DNA of 64,000 nucleotides. Source: Bugula neritina. Lineage: Eukaryota > Animalia > Bryozoa. The translations under genes and the position numbers were made by a program. Below the pieces are notes generated by a model, which saw only the letters and a program-made list of their open reading frames with translations, was not told where the DNA came from and made no database searches. The stretch covers positions 11,810,633 through 11,874,632 of the forward strand of contig OZ037769.1 of the NCBI GenBank assembly GCA_964035545.1, given 5' to 3'. This document shows, piece after piece, positions 25,143 through 38,426 of this stretch (its first letter is position 1; each line of letters starts with the position of its first letter).

Positions 25143-25463
25143 ATGTCTCAGAGAATTAAGAGAAACTTTAAATCTTTTCAAGCGTTAGCCAAAGCAAATA
25201 AAGCGATCAAGTCTGATATGATAGCCACAGCTAGCAAAGATTTAATTTTAAGTCTGGTTGACTGCGCGAGTGATATTATAAAAGGCAATGTGCGACTGAC
25301 ACTCGCCCAGTTTCATCGCCTGACATGATACAGAGTAGAACTAGAGCACTTGGTCAAGCCCAGAACCTCTCAAAGAGATAGGAAAACTGTTCTACAAAAG
25401 GGAGGATTTTTAGGAACATTAGTTTGGCCGTTACTAGAATTACTTCTTGGACCACAAAGATGA
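25143..25463 (+). pseudogene. Conserved small Polinton structural/core protein (IIKGNV.L ... QKGGFLG)
   Basis: MSQRIKRN.. reads through one TGA to LQKGGFLGTLVWPLL; the GG|F motif resembles an adenain cleavage site. Confidence 0.7.
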
Positions 25464-26192
25464 AATTTGATAAAAATTATTTCCTCATTGACAATGATCA
25501 TTACCAACAATTAGTTTTGTCACAAAATGCCACCAACAACAAAGACATATTTACTCATCCTGATGCAAAGCTTGCCAAGCTCGGACAGAAGAAAATGGAG
25601 CAAATTGCTGACAGTGAAACTCTTACAGGTTCTGAAAAAATTCAACAACACTCACAAATTCCTAAGCAGTATTTAGAAAATTTTAGAGACGCTGTGCAAA
25701 TTAAAAGAAAACAAGCCTTGTTAGGTACTCCAGCTTCAACCAAAATCACAGGATTAACTAATGAAATAACCTCCGCCCCACAACAGGAATTAGAGAAGGT
25801 AATTAAACAACCACCGACTGAAACCGAAAGAAAGCAAAGGTTAATAATTGAAGCAGAAGATGGTGATAATCCAGGTCTCACAACGGAAAAAATTGTCAGA
25901 AACGAGTTGAAGCCCGTAAACTCTTACACAGCATTTCAAAAACTAACACTCTACGATGGTCAGATGATGGTAAAATTATATATCAGAGAAAAACGATAAG
26001 AGGCTCAGATATAAAGCAGCTAGTGGCAGATAAAGTTGACACGCCACTTAAGCAAGAGTCAAAGAAATCTGTATTACAAAAGTTTAACGAAATTTCTAAC
26101 CAGGAAGGAATTTCTACAAGACAGTGGGGAGCGGGCGTGAGCACCTACAGAGATTTTAAGAAGCGAATAAAAAACAAATGGCATTGTCATGA
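25460..26192 (+). pseudogene. Polinton hypothetical protein upstream of the integrase (frameshifted)
   Basis: Long ORF MKFDKNYFLIDNDHYQQL..; continues in another frame up to the integrase start. Confidence 0.55.
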
Positions 26193-29100
26193 GTAGGCTC
26201 TCTCAACTTTACTTCACTCCAAGAATAAAAACATCTCTAGGAGATGTCAAAAGATTAATATCACGTCATAATTCACCTTACAAAATCAAAGTCGCAAATG
26301 CCAAAAAATGGCTACGCAGCCGAGAAGCCTACTCTCTCCACAAACCAGCTAGAAGGAAGTTTACAAGAAGGAAGACTATTGTCTCGGGTATTGGCAAACA
26401 GTTACAAGCTGATCTAATTGATATGCAGAAACTTAAAAAAGAAAATGATGGGATGGCGTACCTCTTGACCGCCATAGATGTTTTCTCTAAACGTGCATGG
26501 GCAATTCCAATTTGTTCAAAATCTGGAGAACATGTGAGTGCGGCGCTAAACAAAATTCTTTCAAATACAGACTTCAGAGCTTTACAGACCGACAAAGGAA
26601 AAAAGTTTTTGAATAAACGCGTTCAAGACCTACTCAAAGAAAACAATGTTCATCATTTCACAATTGAAAATGAAACTATCAAAGCATCAATAGTAGAGCG
26701 CTTAAACATCGTAGGCATCCAGGTTATTTTGATAAAATCAATTACTGTTAATTGAAAGATCATACTTTTTTAGTTACATTAACAAAATATATAAAAAAAA
26801 TCTCAACTCAATATACCAGAAAAAATGAATTAAAATACATGTGTTAATAGCACTGATATTGACGTGACCGTGGCACATGAAAAATCTGAAAGAAGAGTTG
26901 TCTTCTTTTTTTCTATATTGATATATAGAGCTTGTCGTGAAAATAAAGATTTTAAAAAAATATATTGTGACCCTCTGGTAACTTCCAGAATTTAGAAAAT
27001 TGGCTCATATATTTCCTTTCATGTGGACAACAGCTCACTTTTTTTTAAATTTATTTTGAAGCTCTTTTCGTAAAAAATATTTAAAAGTAAAAAATCCAAA
27101 ATTTTTACAAATTAGTTCGGGGCTTGATGTGAAAGGCATTTAGACGAAGATGTCAAGGTCACCATTAATAGATTTATTTTATCACAATACTGCACGGAAA
27201 GTTAATGAAGTGAGCTGAAAATTAGGTTGCTAGCATATTGATATACATTATATTGATTGTTGCAGTATTATTTTTTAAATTTGTTTTATCAGTTATGTTT
27301 AACTTCTTCATAGAGCTGCTGTTAGACTAAGAGTAAGACATAATATTAGCAACAATGATAATAATATTAAATTCACGAAGAAGTATCACTATCACTATGA
27401 GTATGACTATGATTATCACTATGAGTATGAGTGTCGTAATCGTATAAATTAATTATGAGTATGAGTATCACTATGACATTAACTCAATCAGTGATTGACT
27501 AATACTGTGAATATGACTATGCATAACTCAATGAGAATATCAATATGAATATGGCTTCTAATTCTTGTAACTTTTGACTATGACGATGCTGATAGTGATA
27601 ACCACTGCCAGCCCAAGTCTCATACTAATAGTGATACTATTACTATTGTTTATTAGTATTAATAATTAGTATTACTATTAGTACAACTACTAGTATTACT
27701 CATAGTTCTGTTAATGATGCAGATGATAGTTTTAGAAGTTCTACTTCTACTTTTATAGTACGCTAGATTGTATATGTTGAACTCTACTCATTTTTTACTA
27801 CTAATGCTAATACTAATAGTAATAGTAATAATGATTATAGTTGTTATAATGATAGTAATACTAATGGTAATAATAACTATTTAAATTTGATAATTTATGT
27901 TTTACAACAGCATTATCACTTATCAATTACATTGGTTCATAATATGCTTATTTTAATTTTGCTTTGTGTGTTTTGTCATGTTATAAAATTAAGTTCGTAT
28001 GGTTATTTAATGAACTAGAGAACTAGCCAAATGTTATGTAACAGTTGCAATAATTTACTATAAACTTATTGAAATTTAAAACCTAATTGATATTACTATG
28101 ACATTGATTGTACAGAGGTAGCTAAAATATACATTAAATTACCAATAATTTTAACTCGCCAATACACTATGAGTAGAACAATCAAATGCAATGATAGAAA
28201 ATTAATTAGTCATAGCAGCCCGTTGCTTGAAGAACATCGAGCTACAGGTCTAAAATTATGTAGTTTTGTGATCCATTACATAACAAAATAATTTTTTTCA
28301 AACTGGTTTAATACTTTTATTATGAACACGCTTATCAAAGTAACATGTTTGTGATGTATATTCTATTAAAAAAGCAATCACATCAGGTTTTCAATTTGTA
28401 TGTTGTACAATGTTTATTATGGTGACAAGTTATTAAATCATATGGTTCAGCTTTGTAAAGTAAAGCTGATAAAATAAATACAAGTATGTGATTGTTTTAC
28501 TGCTATATATTAAATTTAAATGAGTTGAATAATATCCTAGTGCAGTGAATTAGATATTTTTTAGCTTTGGTACACCTGTTTGTTATAGGCTAACATTCCA
28601 CCAATAGAAGAATGGTGCAAGTAGAAGAAATTTCAGGCGCAGAAAGCTAAGGAGCAGTCAGAATGCTGCCAGAGTTGTGAAGAGGCACTTGGAAAAGCTG
28701 AATTTCAATAATGACATGACATTCGTAACATATCACCCTGGTGTATTTGAACTGACATGGCCAGCAGAGTTCTCGAAGTCACATTCAACAGCTATTTACA
28801 TCATCATGGTTAGCTTAAATTTAATTCCTTTATCAGTCTCTAATATATAGTTTGATATCTACTGTAAATTCGCTTAAGGAGCATACACATAACCAAAACT
28901 GAGTTACACTATAGTATTTGTTCTTGAATATATTTACCAAGATAAGTAGATAATTTGCTAATTCATTAACAGTAAAATTATAATGATACAACAATTTTTC
29001 TTTTAGATGATTCAATCAATAACACAAGACACTACAACATGGTTTTGCAATTATAGAGTATTAATTTTCTGGCTCTTTCCAAATCTTCATAGAAGGCAAA

Positions 29101-32100
29101 GAAAACCACCGTCAGCTTGCCTTTATAACTGAGTGCAAGCTTCTTCCACCTACAGATGATGATAAACAATTTGCGGATGTGGAACTTTCTAATTTTGTTT
29201 ACAATGAAGATAGATTATAGGACATTATTCTTTATGTAAAGATTGTCAAGTTTTGTTATAATTAAGAACAGTTTTAGTTTCAATAAATCAGTTCAACATT
29301 ATGGACATCATTGCACAAACATTTTAATCTTTACTACCTACAAAGGTATCTATCTGATGGACTACTTGAAAATACAAAACTATGCTCCAGATACACAATG
29401 AACTGACCAGCAAAGTTAAAATGAGTTGGAGATGTAGAACATAATATCTTGTTCAAGGCTTTTCCCTGCTGTTGGAACCTTCTACTTCAGAACACTGAAT
29501 TGAACAAACATATGTAGATATATAAAACTTTGCAAACAATAATAATGTGAAATTAGTTGCTAAGTATCACATTGCTAATAAATACAGCGTTGTGTAATGT
29601 TTTATTTAATTTTTTTTTGAGCCATTTGATCTATAGGCCCGCATAGTATTTACTATATTATAACTAATAAATGGCAGACACATTATGTCAGACCAGTCTC
29701 CATTTAAATAGAATAGTGTAGGCTATCAAATTTGTAGAAGTAAAAAACCACATTCTTATTGAGTAAAATACTTACCTTTTTTTTCATGATGCCTCTACTG
29801 CTAAAAAGAGAAGTTTTTATCAATACAGCTCCATCAATCTGTATCCCGATGAAGCTAGTAGTTTAGGAACATTTGTGGCAGGGAGTGTAGGCTGAGCTGC
29901 AGTATAGGTAGAACCCCAACATATGTAATCTATTCAGCACATTATATGTATTATAGAAATTTATTCAAAAAAGAATTTAGAAAATGCTTTATGAAGCATG
30001 AACAAAGTAAAAATTAATGCTGGTGAAAGTAATATCATTACACCCATTAGAGTTACTAGCAGCTATAGCATTAAAATTATGTATTTTTATAAAATGTGTC
30101 TAATTTATGCTACAAAGTTATTACTGCCAAAGGTTACAAAATTTACCAGTCGCATTCATGCAGCTGATGGAGAATAACTAACCTTCACATGCAATAAATA
30201 CAATTAGTAGCTCAATCTAAAACTAATGTTATGAGTATAAGTTATAGTTATTCTAAGGAATAATTGCAAAAAAAGTTACTTAGAGGAATTTAACTCTTAT
30301 TATAATGTAATTATCTTCCAAGATATATTACAACATCACTACTTGGATGCATACAATGTCATATTTATATTGGCATCAACATAATTTTCAATGATTTCCA
30401 ATCTATTAACTTGAGCATTATGATTGTGATTATTTTATAAATAAGGCGATGATTAGGCACTGTTGGTATTTTGGTAAATATAATGGATATATCAAAATTC
30501 CAATGGGTATAGTACTCTAACACAACATTGATACTAATAATTGTAGTCACTTACTCTTAGAGTTAGTGAATGATGATACAGTCATAACAATTTGAATATC
30601 AATCAGCATTAGAGATAGACTGACTGCTTTATAATATTATAGTTATTATGTCAAATTGAATTTATTCACTATAACTAAAAAAATTATGATTATAATTATA
30701 AATTAAAATAATTTAAATATTATATAATATATTGATAATTATTGGAATCATAATTATATTTATTGTTATGATCATTATGATTATAATTATTTAATATTAT
30801 CTTTATGTTTGTATTTAAAGTTGTTCCTTAAATCTAAAGTTGTTTAAGTTTTATAAATTTATTATAATTATATTACTGTATAAGTATTGCTATTAGTATT
30901 AGTATAATTAAATTATTATAATTTATATTTTATTATTTATATTTATTTTACTTTTTATTTTAAGACCAACAGTTCAAATTAATACTTGTGTCGTTTGCTT
31001 TATATTATAACTTAAAAGTATAACTATTAACATAATAATATTAGATTTGCTATTAGTATTACTATGAATATAAATATTTATGTTAATATAGCTATCGGTA
31101 TAACTTATACTTATAGCTATAACTAATATTACAAGTATTACTATTAGTATTACTGTATTAGTTTCGAAACTGATCCTGCTCCGTAACATTAACAATAACA
31201 TACTGATACTGTCATATGATTATCATTATGACTAATAATGGTATTAATAAATATAACCATTGAATATTATTAATAATAGTTCACCAATACTAATAGGCGA
31301 TAGTCATAGACTTAGAGTGAGAGTCATAGACATAGACTAGTGATACTCATACTGATAGTCAATGTCATAGTGATAGTGATACTGTGATTCACTGATTCAA
31401 TTACAAATTTTAAAACTTGGTTTTACGTAGACAACTACTAACCTATAGTTCATCACAAAACGGTTGAAAATCATCATTTACTGCATATTTAAGAGTAATT
31501 TTCTGGTAGTGTGGTCGACATGATAATTGAAATTAAAATAGGAAAAATAATTATTTTGTGATTTACAGCAAGTTACAAACTAGCGAAATGGAATAGTCCA
31601 TTTGAAAACAGTCAAATTAGTTACCTTTCTTGATGTTGCGTAGCTAACGTTAGTTATTAGTAGCCGCCCGAAGAGTAACATTCATGTGATTTGAGCTACG
31701 AATAACGAGAATCTGTGACAAACCCGCTTCTTAATAACTTTACGCGATATAAACTCACGCTACAATAGGGCTATTTTGCCATCCCCACGTCAGAATAGGA
31801 CACGGAGAGCAAGCTCGCGGGCAAGTCTGGGCAAGTCTAAGACACCTAATATGACCACTTTTACTTGCATTTTTGTAGTGTTTCCGTGTAAGAAATTGGA
31901 TAAAATGCTGATAAAACAGTTGAAAAGCATGCAAACTTTTGCTCAAATGTAATAAATAACCTGGATGCTTACGGCCTTTAAACAAAACGTTGCAGACAAC
32001 ACTATACAGGTGGTTCACTTACAAAAAAAGCTCGCGCTACGTCGATGTTCTAGATGATGTAATGGATTCTTATAACAACAGATACTACACCAGTATTGGT

Positions 32101-32514
32101 ATGTCACCAAATGAAGTATCAGCAAACAACCAAGAGGATGTATGGCTGAAGATGTATCTTTCTAAGATGCATAAAATACAACCTAAATTGCGAGTGGGTG
32201 ACTACGTCCAAATATCAAAAGCCAGAATGACTTTTGAAAGAAGTTATACAGCTTCGTGGACTACGGAAGTGTATACTATCGACGGCGTTGAAAGAACAAA
32301 CCCTATAGTCTACACGATAAAAGATCTAAGTGATGAAAAAATTCTTGGCACATTTTACGAGCATGAATTGCAACAAGTGACTAAGCCCATTTCCTTTAAG
32401 ATTGAGAAAGTGATGAAATGTCAAAAGCGTGGTAAAAAATATGTCTATTATGTGAAATGGTTAGGATATCTGGATTTGTTTAATCAATGGATTATGCAAG
32501 ATGATTTAGTTTGA
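26189..32514 (+). pseudogene. Polinton retroviral-like integrase with C-terminal chromodomain, split by an insertion (segments 26189-26705 and 31982-32514; 349 aa when rejoined)
   Basis: LQADLIDM, LQTDKG and rejoined IVERLNKTLQ give the DDE triad; YNNRY..SIGMSP, LRVGDYV.I, GTFYEHELQ; chromodomain FKIEKV..YYVKWLGY..NQWI. Confidence 0.93.
26706..31977 (+). mobile_element. Nested Kolobok-like DNA transposon remnant, 5272 bp, TTAA TSD
   Basis: TTAA at 26702-26705 and 31978-31981; TIR CGTAGGCATCCAGGTTATTT / AAATAACCTGGATGCTTACG; internal fragments ECCQ..VTYHPG..RVLEVTFNSYLHHHG and RQRKPPSAC resemble the Kolobok accessory (P2X7 C-terminal-like) protein. Confidence 0.8.
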
Positions 32515-32732
32515 ACCTGTTAAGTAATGCTTTACATTTCATTTTATATCTGTTACACACAATACTCTGAAATGATGTAAATTCTTTTTTTTGTCAATAT
32601 CTTTTCAACAGCTTTAATTCATGTCTACTATAGTTTCTTCCAGTATTATATCTTTTTATTTTATAATACTTCTATATTAATTGTTGCAATACAATATTTT
32701 AACTACAAACTTCAAGCGCTTAATTGAGTAGC

Positions 32733-33463
32733 ATGGCAGAATTCTATGTCGCGCTTTCATCAAATGCTTGTCTGGATATTTTTCCAGACAATACCTTAGC
32801 CAATTAACTTATTAAACTTGATCGTTCGCTGAGGTTGGAGAGAAAATGGGTTGTCGGTTTGGTAAAGATACATTTTCTAAACTCTTGGGATAACATTGTT
32901 GACGGGGAGGTGATTATCGAGCAAGACGAGTCCTGTAGTCTCAAGATTTTGAACATCAAATCAGGGAGATATCGGACAGTTGAAGATATAATATCCGCAC
33001 CACTTTGCTTTGCTGGTTTCAATATGCAAAACTCGTAAGCATATTTTACGATAAAACCGAACATTATTGCTACATCAGAATTGATGCAAATGATATTCGA
33101 ATAAAGTTAAGTAATAATTTATCAAATATTCTGGGTCTTGAGCACAAAACCCACGCATTTGGAGAAACAAAAGGCAAACGCCAGTGCGACATAGCGGAAG
33201 GGTTTACATCATTATACGTCTACAAAAACCTTGTTGAACCACAGATTGTTGGGGACATCCAAGCACAACTCTTACGCATAGTTCCCATTAAAGAACACAG
33301 TAAGGAGCCTAATCAGGTAGTTAGTTTTTGGAATGTTCAGTATTTGCCAATTATCAATACGGGTATTGAGAGCGTAGAAGTGGTTATAAGGAGAGATGAT
33401 GGGCGGAACCCCTCATTTCAGAGCGGAAAGGTGATTGTAACACTTCATTTCAAAAAAAATTAA
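32733..33463 (+). pseudogene. Polinton minor capsid (penton-like) protein
   Basis: MAEFYVALSSNA..FPDNT..L.L..KWVVGL, LYVYKNLVEPQIVGD..LLRIVP, VTLHFKK; one stop and one frameshift. Confidence 0.88.
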
Positions 33464-33469
33464 CTAAAC

Positions 33470-33901
33470 ATGGTAGTTCTATATAACCTGCATGAATCTT
33501 CAGAGTTCTATCGAAATTATTACACTCAGCAAAATGGAAATGGTCTGAGCGTCTTTAAAGGCGCTACAATACAACGCGGACGAGGAATTGGAGGATTTAT
33601 TTCGCGAGTAATGCGAGGGGCTATGCCACTACTCAAAAACGGAGCAAAAACTATCGGAAGACAGTTGGTCGACAGTGGTGCAAATTTAGCAAAGGATTTA
33701 ATCAGCGGAGAAGATTTCAAGAGCGCTGTTGCCAGAAACTTTTCCACAGGTGGTAGAAAACTCCTATCAACTTTAACGGGAAACTTGAACTTTGACAGTA
33801 CAATCAGTTGAAAGAAAAAGCTTAAATCAACATCTTCCAAGCGCATCGCATCAGGCAATAAAAGACCACAACGCAGCAATGGTGAAAACATTTTCAGATA
33901 A
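33470..33901 (+). pseudogene. Polinton amphipathic/basic virion protein (QRGRG-IGG type)
   Basis: YYTQQNGNG..QRGRGIGGFISRVMRGAMPLLK..; basic tail continues after a stop at 33809. Confidence 0.75.
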
Positions 33902-33918
33902 TCTCTTTTGCACTAAAC

Positions 33919-35254
33919 ATGGCCTTCTCTAAAGTGGATTCTTCCTCGGACGACAGCGTTCTTTCTCAAATAGATCTGTTCAACACTCCATTTACACAAA
34001 CTTCTGTAATATCTGGAGAGTGGGTTGAGGTTGAATCAATTAGAGATTCACTCAACGGTCCACTGGAATTTGAGGTAGAAGGAAATGAAGACCAATATCT
34101 AGATCTTCAAAACACTCTAATTCATGTTTAGGCTAAAGTTAAATTGGAAATCGGCGATGCTTTAGACGAGGACATTGCTAATGTAAATGTAGTACCAGGA
34201 GAGAACTTTCTACAATCACTGTTTTCAGCTTTGAGCTTGTCTATTAATGGACATGAAATTGAATATGATTCCAATTACCCTTATTGAGCCTATCTTGAAA
34301 CACCCGTGAACTATGGTAGTCAGGCTAAAAATACAGACCTCAGTGCTTCGCATTGGTTTCATGATAGCTTGAACGCTCTAGATACCAATCAACTCACTGG
34401 AGCGCATCGTGAGGATTTAAACTCAAAAAAGACAATTATCAGTGAGAGTAAAACTGTGGATATGGTAGGACGACTCCACAATGAACTCTTCAGCCAGCAC
34501 AAGTACCTTATTCCTTTGTGTAGCTTTTGAATTAAACTCTTGAGAACCGATCCCCAATTTTGCCTACTAAGAACAACTAGTGCCGTTGACACCCGCTATA
34601 AAATAGGTATAACCAAGTGTGATCTACTTGTGCGTAAAGTGAGAGTGAATCCGAGTGTGGCAGCTAACCATAACATCCTGCTAACCAAAGGCTCCACTAT
34701 AAGATACCCAATCAACAAAGTTGAAACGCAGATTTTTTCCATCATTCAAGGAAGACAGAATGAAAAGATAAATCTCATACTGAACAGACAATAATCGAAA
34801 CGGATAATTCTGGGCTTTGTAGAGCACACTGCGAAAAACCGCAGTTACATTCAGTCACCTTTTTCGTTTAAACATTTTAATTTGAGCTTGATAAGTCTTA
34901 ACGCCAACGGATATCCAATCCCTAATAAGCCACTACGAGTTGATTATGGAAGCGGGGAATTTATGCAAGCATACATGCACCTCATGACCACTGTTGGAAA
35001 AGCTTTTGTGGATGAATGAAATTGCATCACAAAAGCTCAATACTCAAACAGTTTTGCGCTCTACGCATTTGACCTAACAGGAGATCTATGCGAAGGGTCC
35101 GATGTTTACCTGATTAGAAGTAGGACTACAGTTCTATAAGTGACCTTCAAGGAACCCCTGACTAGCACACTCAGTTTGTTCACTTATTTAAAAAAATGAT
35201 GACATTATTGAAATAGATAATAGTCGAGTGGTTACCAGAGCTTCTAAAACCTAA
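33919..35254 (+). pseudogene. Polinton major capsid protein (double jelly-roll)
   Basis: IDLFNTPFTQTS, YLDLQNTL, NFLQSLFS, NYPY*AYLET..NYG, GRLHNELFSQHKYLI, YAFDLTGD; several in-frame stops. Confidence 0.92.
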
Positions 35255-35259
35255 GACTC

Positions 35260-35775
35260 ATGAATACTAACCACATACGCTATATTTTGTCTTTGGACCC
35301 TTCAACTTCCAGCACTTTTAGAGGCGTTATGGCAAAAGATGAGTTTGTAAAATGTAGACTAACATACCTTAGTATATTTGTGTGTAACATGAATAATGCT
35401 GACTAAGCAGGAACTCATTGGATTGCAATATTTGTTTCAAAACTTGGTAAATGCAAATATTTTGATTCTTATGGACTGCCTCCATTATTTGAAGACCTCA
35501 CCAACAAGCTGCTGACGATTGATAAGAAATCTATCTACAATGATATTGTACTTCAAAGTAACAATACAAATGTGTGTGAAATATATTCTATTGAATTTTT
35601 GCAGTTGAAATGTAGAGGCGATAGTTTATCTCGTATATTAGATGTACTAATGTATGCTAATAACTCTGAAGAGAGAGATCATATTTTGAGATATTATTTA
35701 GATACAAAATATGCTGACATCACTAATTTAGGGCAGATTCCGCTAATACATCAAGTCAGTGGAATTATTGTCTAG
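35260..35775 (+). pseudogene. Adenain-like cysteine protease
   Basis: GTHWIAI, YFDSYG and LQS..TNVCEIY supply catalytic H, D, Q and C; one in-frame stop. Confidence 0.9.
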
Positions 35776-36219
35776 CAATGCATGTTCAAACCTAATGATT
35801 TATAATATGTTTTGCACTTTCATGTATACACCTTTCATTCTTGAATAAAACCTGTATGCAAAGGAATAGCTTGCTAACTCATGCTTGATTGTGCTCCTAA
35901 ATTAAGTGCACTGCTAGCTAATGTTATTTGCATAATTATTCAATGTGATGCACATGTAACATTATTCTAGAGTCATCCTCTCACAAGCAGTTTACACGAG
36001 GTTATTTACCTTTGAAAACCACCAACAATTTGTGAACATAAATCAATGACTTCAAAGCGCGTATATATAGGTATTAAGATGATTTATTGGCTACACAGCA
36101 ATCTTAATACGCTCGAGAATGATTTACGATAACATAACAACACAAAATCTTGATACAAGTAATAATTTTATATACAAAATAATATTATAATGTTTGTCCA
36201 GCATGTTATATATGCCATG

Positions 36220-37590
36220 CTCATGTAGTTTGCCCTTCATCACTCTCATCATCCAAGAATGAAGCCTTGGCGGCTTCGAATGGTGGGAACTTGAAGATCT
36301 GTTCGCGAGGGGCTTTATAGGGCGTGCTGGGATTTGTTCCATTGATCTCGACGGCAGTGAGGTGGTGAAATTCTTTGCCGTTTTTTTACAGGATAGTTAA
36401 GGGCAACCTTTTAGTTCTAGCTGCTATGCTGATGATGCATTGTTATCATATAAGAAATCAGTCCCAGTAAAATAAAATATTACCTAATTATGCTAGAATC
36501 AAAATTTAAAAACTATGTTGCAGATAGCTTTCTTCCTCAGCGCGGTTTTTTTGGAAATTTTAATTTTCCATTTTTTGGCTAAGCTACAGACAAAAAGTAC
36601 CTATTTTCTCCTATTTTTAGCTGAAAACACATCATGTCAGTCCCAGTAAAATATCTCAGCAGGAAAACATAATATCTGAAAAAAGAAAACACTGTTGGAA
36701 TCCTGAGATATTTCTACAGCGCGGTTTTTGTAATGTTTCTAATAGCTTTTATAGATTTTCTATAAATTAGTGATTTATACGCTGAAAATGAGATAATTTT
36801 TCTTTACCAATAAGCACTGCGCATCACTTCACGCTTCAGTGAACGGTAGAGATGAGAAGATAATGGCTTGTCCATTACTAATTACAGACCTGCTAGCCTA
36901 CAAGCTATAGTGAATAGCTTGGTGTGTAATCCATTTATAGAGTAGCCACAATGGAATGTTGATATATAATGCAGCCCTAATTGAGCTTGCTGTTTATTGG
37001 TCATAGTCTAATATCGGGCTATACATACACAGGCAGGCAAGACGCATGCCACCCACCGAACAATATTATAGCAAGAACCTAGACTACATTGTGAGCTAAA
37101 TTCATGATATTCTTAGTAAGGATGCCCTTAACTATCCTGTGATATATATCCCAAATTTTTCTCGTGATACAATAAAATTAGGGGAACCTTCTCCACAACA
37201 TTCTCTCTCATACGATTGGGGATAATGAATTTTCCCTGGATCCGCTCTCCCTTTTTCTCGGTACTGAATTCTACGAGCAATGCCTCACCATTTACCGTAT
37301 CAATTGTCTTTTCCGTATGCACCTCCAGAACGCTACCAGCAGGTAGCTCTGTCAGCTTATACAGTCGTTGCTGTTCTAGCAAAGTTTTGACATCTAATTT
37401 TCTAGAACAGATAACAGTGAAGTACTTTACAATTTCATCATTAAACTATGCTGATTGGTAATGAAACTAATACAATAATTATGTGCTATAGATACACATG
37501 TGTTCAAATGCTGTATTGAAAAGATTTTACTAACCCTAACTTTGCAGCCTTCTCCCTCATCATTTCCAGCTTTCTCTTAACATTAGCCAT
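36220..37590 (-). pseudogene. Spliced small Polinton gene (exon 37590-37535, intron 37534-37402), disrupted by a MITE; possibly OB-fold/SSB-like
   Basis: MANVKRKLEMMREKAAKLG|KLDVKTLLEQQRLYKLTELPAG..IDTVNGEALLV..FIIPNR..LILLYH; resumes below 36388 as KNGKEFHHLTAVEI with an acidic tail DDESDEG; GTTAGT donor and TTCTAG acceptor keep the frame. Confidence 0.65.
36388..37140. mobile_element. MITE (~750 bp) nested in the Polinton
   Basis: 18-bp perfect TIR ACAGGATAGTTAAGGGCA / TGCCCTTAACTATCCTGT; internal ~180-bp duplication (TCAGTCCCAGTAAAATA at 36458 and 36637). Confidence 0.8.
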
Positions 37591-37743
37591 ACTATTCGTT
37601 AGCTGTAGAGACTGTGTAGACACACTTGTGATTCCAAAAGCTTATTTGACTACGATGAGTGACCAGGGTGTTTTTATACCATTTCTAAAGCTTAAAAAAT
37701 AAAAATATAATATATATATATATATATAATATATATATAAAAT

Positions 37744-37872
<129 letters not shown>

Positions 37873-38426
37873 TGATGTCATCCGATTTTAGTGTCAGGTG
37901 TTCTGTGGGTGTAACACATTGGTGAAAAGCACGGAGTGCCAGCTGCGTTCCTGCAAAACAAGTGTTATGTTGTTTTTACCTATTTGAGGATTAAACTAAA
38001 AGATTAAACTTGTGGTATCTGGGATTAAACTAAGCATTTGTGATTGATTTGACACTTTGTGAACACACCCATCAAGTTGCGCTAAGTGTTTACAATACTG
38101 AATTAGTTTATTACCGGAGTGAAACTTATAAACTTTCTCTAAAAGCTATCTTAAGTGTAAATTTCTCAATCTGTATTTCATGGTTTTATGTAAAGTATAC
38201 GAATGCATAATTCTTCACTGAGATATTCACTAGAAAATAATTTCTTGCTGTTTTACAGTTTTAACCATTACTCTCACACGCATGCTACCGCAAATATGTT
38301 TTTTATGCTTGGTTGTTTATAGATAATATTGTAAAACATAGTAGGCTATATTTATTTACTTAGTTTTAGAATATCTTATTATTTTTTATTAATTTTTTGG
38401 CTCCTAGTTATGTAAAGCATTCCAAG

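Noticed and set aside
27022-27035. 14-nt match TGTGGACAACAGCT to the retrozyme
   Set aside because: Too short, with no flanking homology or TA tract
27380-27900. ACT/AGT/AAT-rich tracts here and at 30700-31400
   Set aside because: Low-complexity simple sequence within the nested element; no unit-spacer structure or ORF
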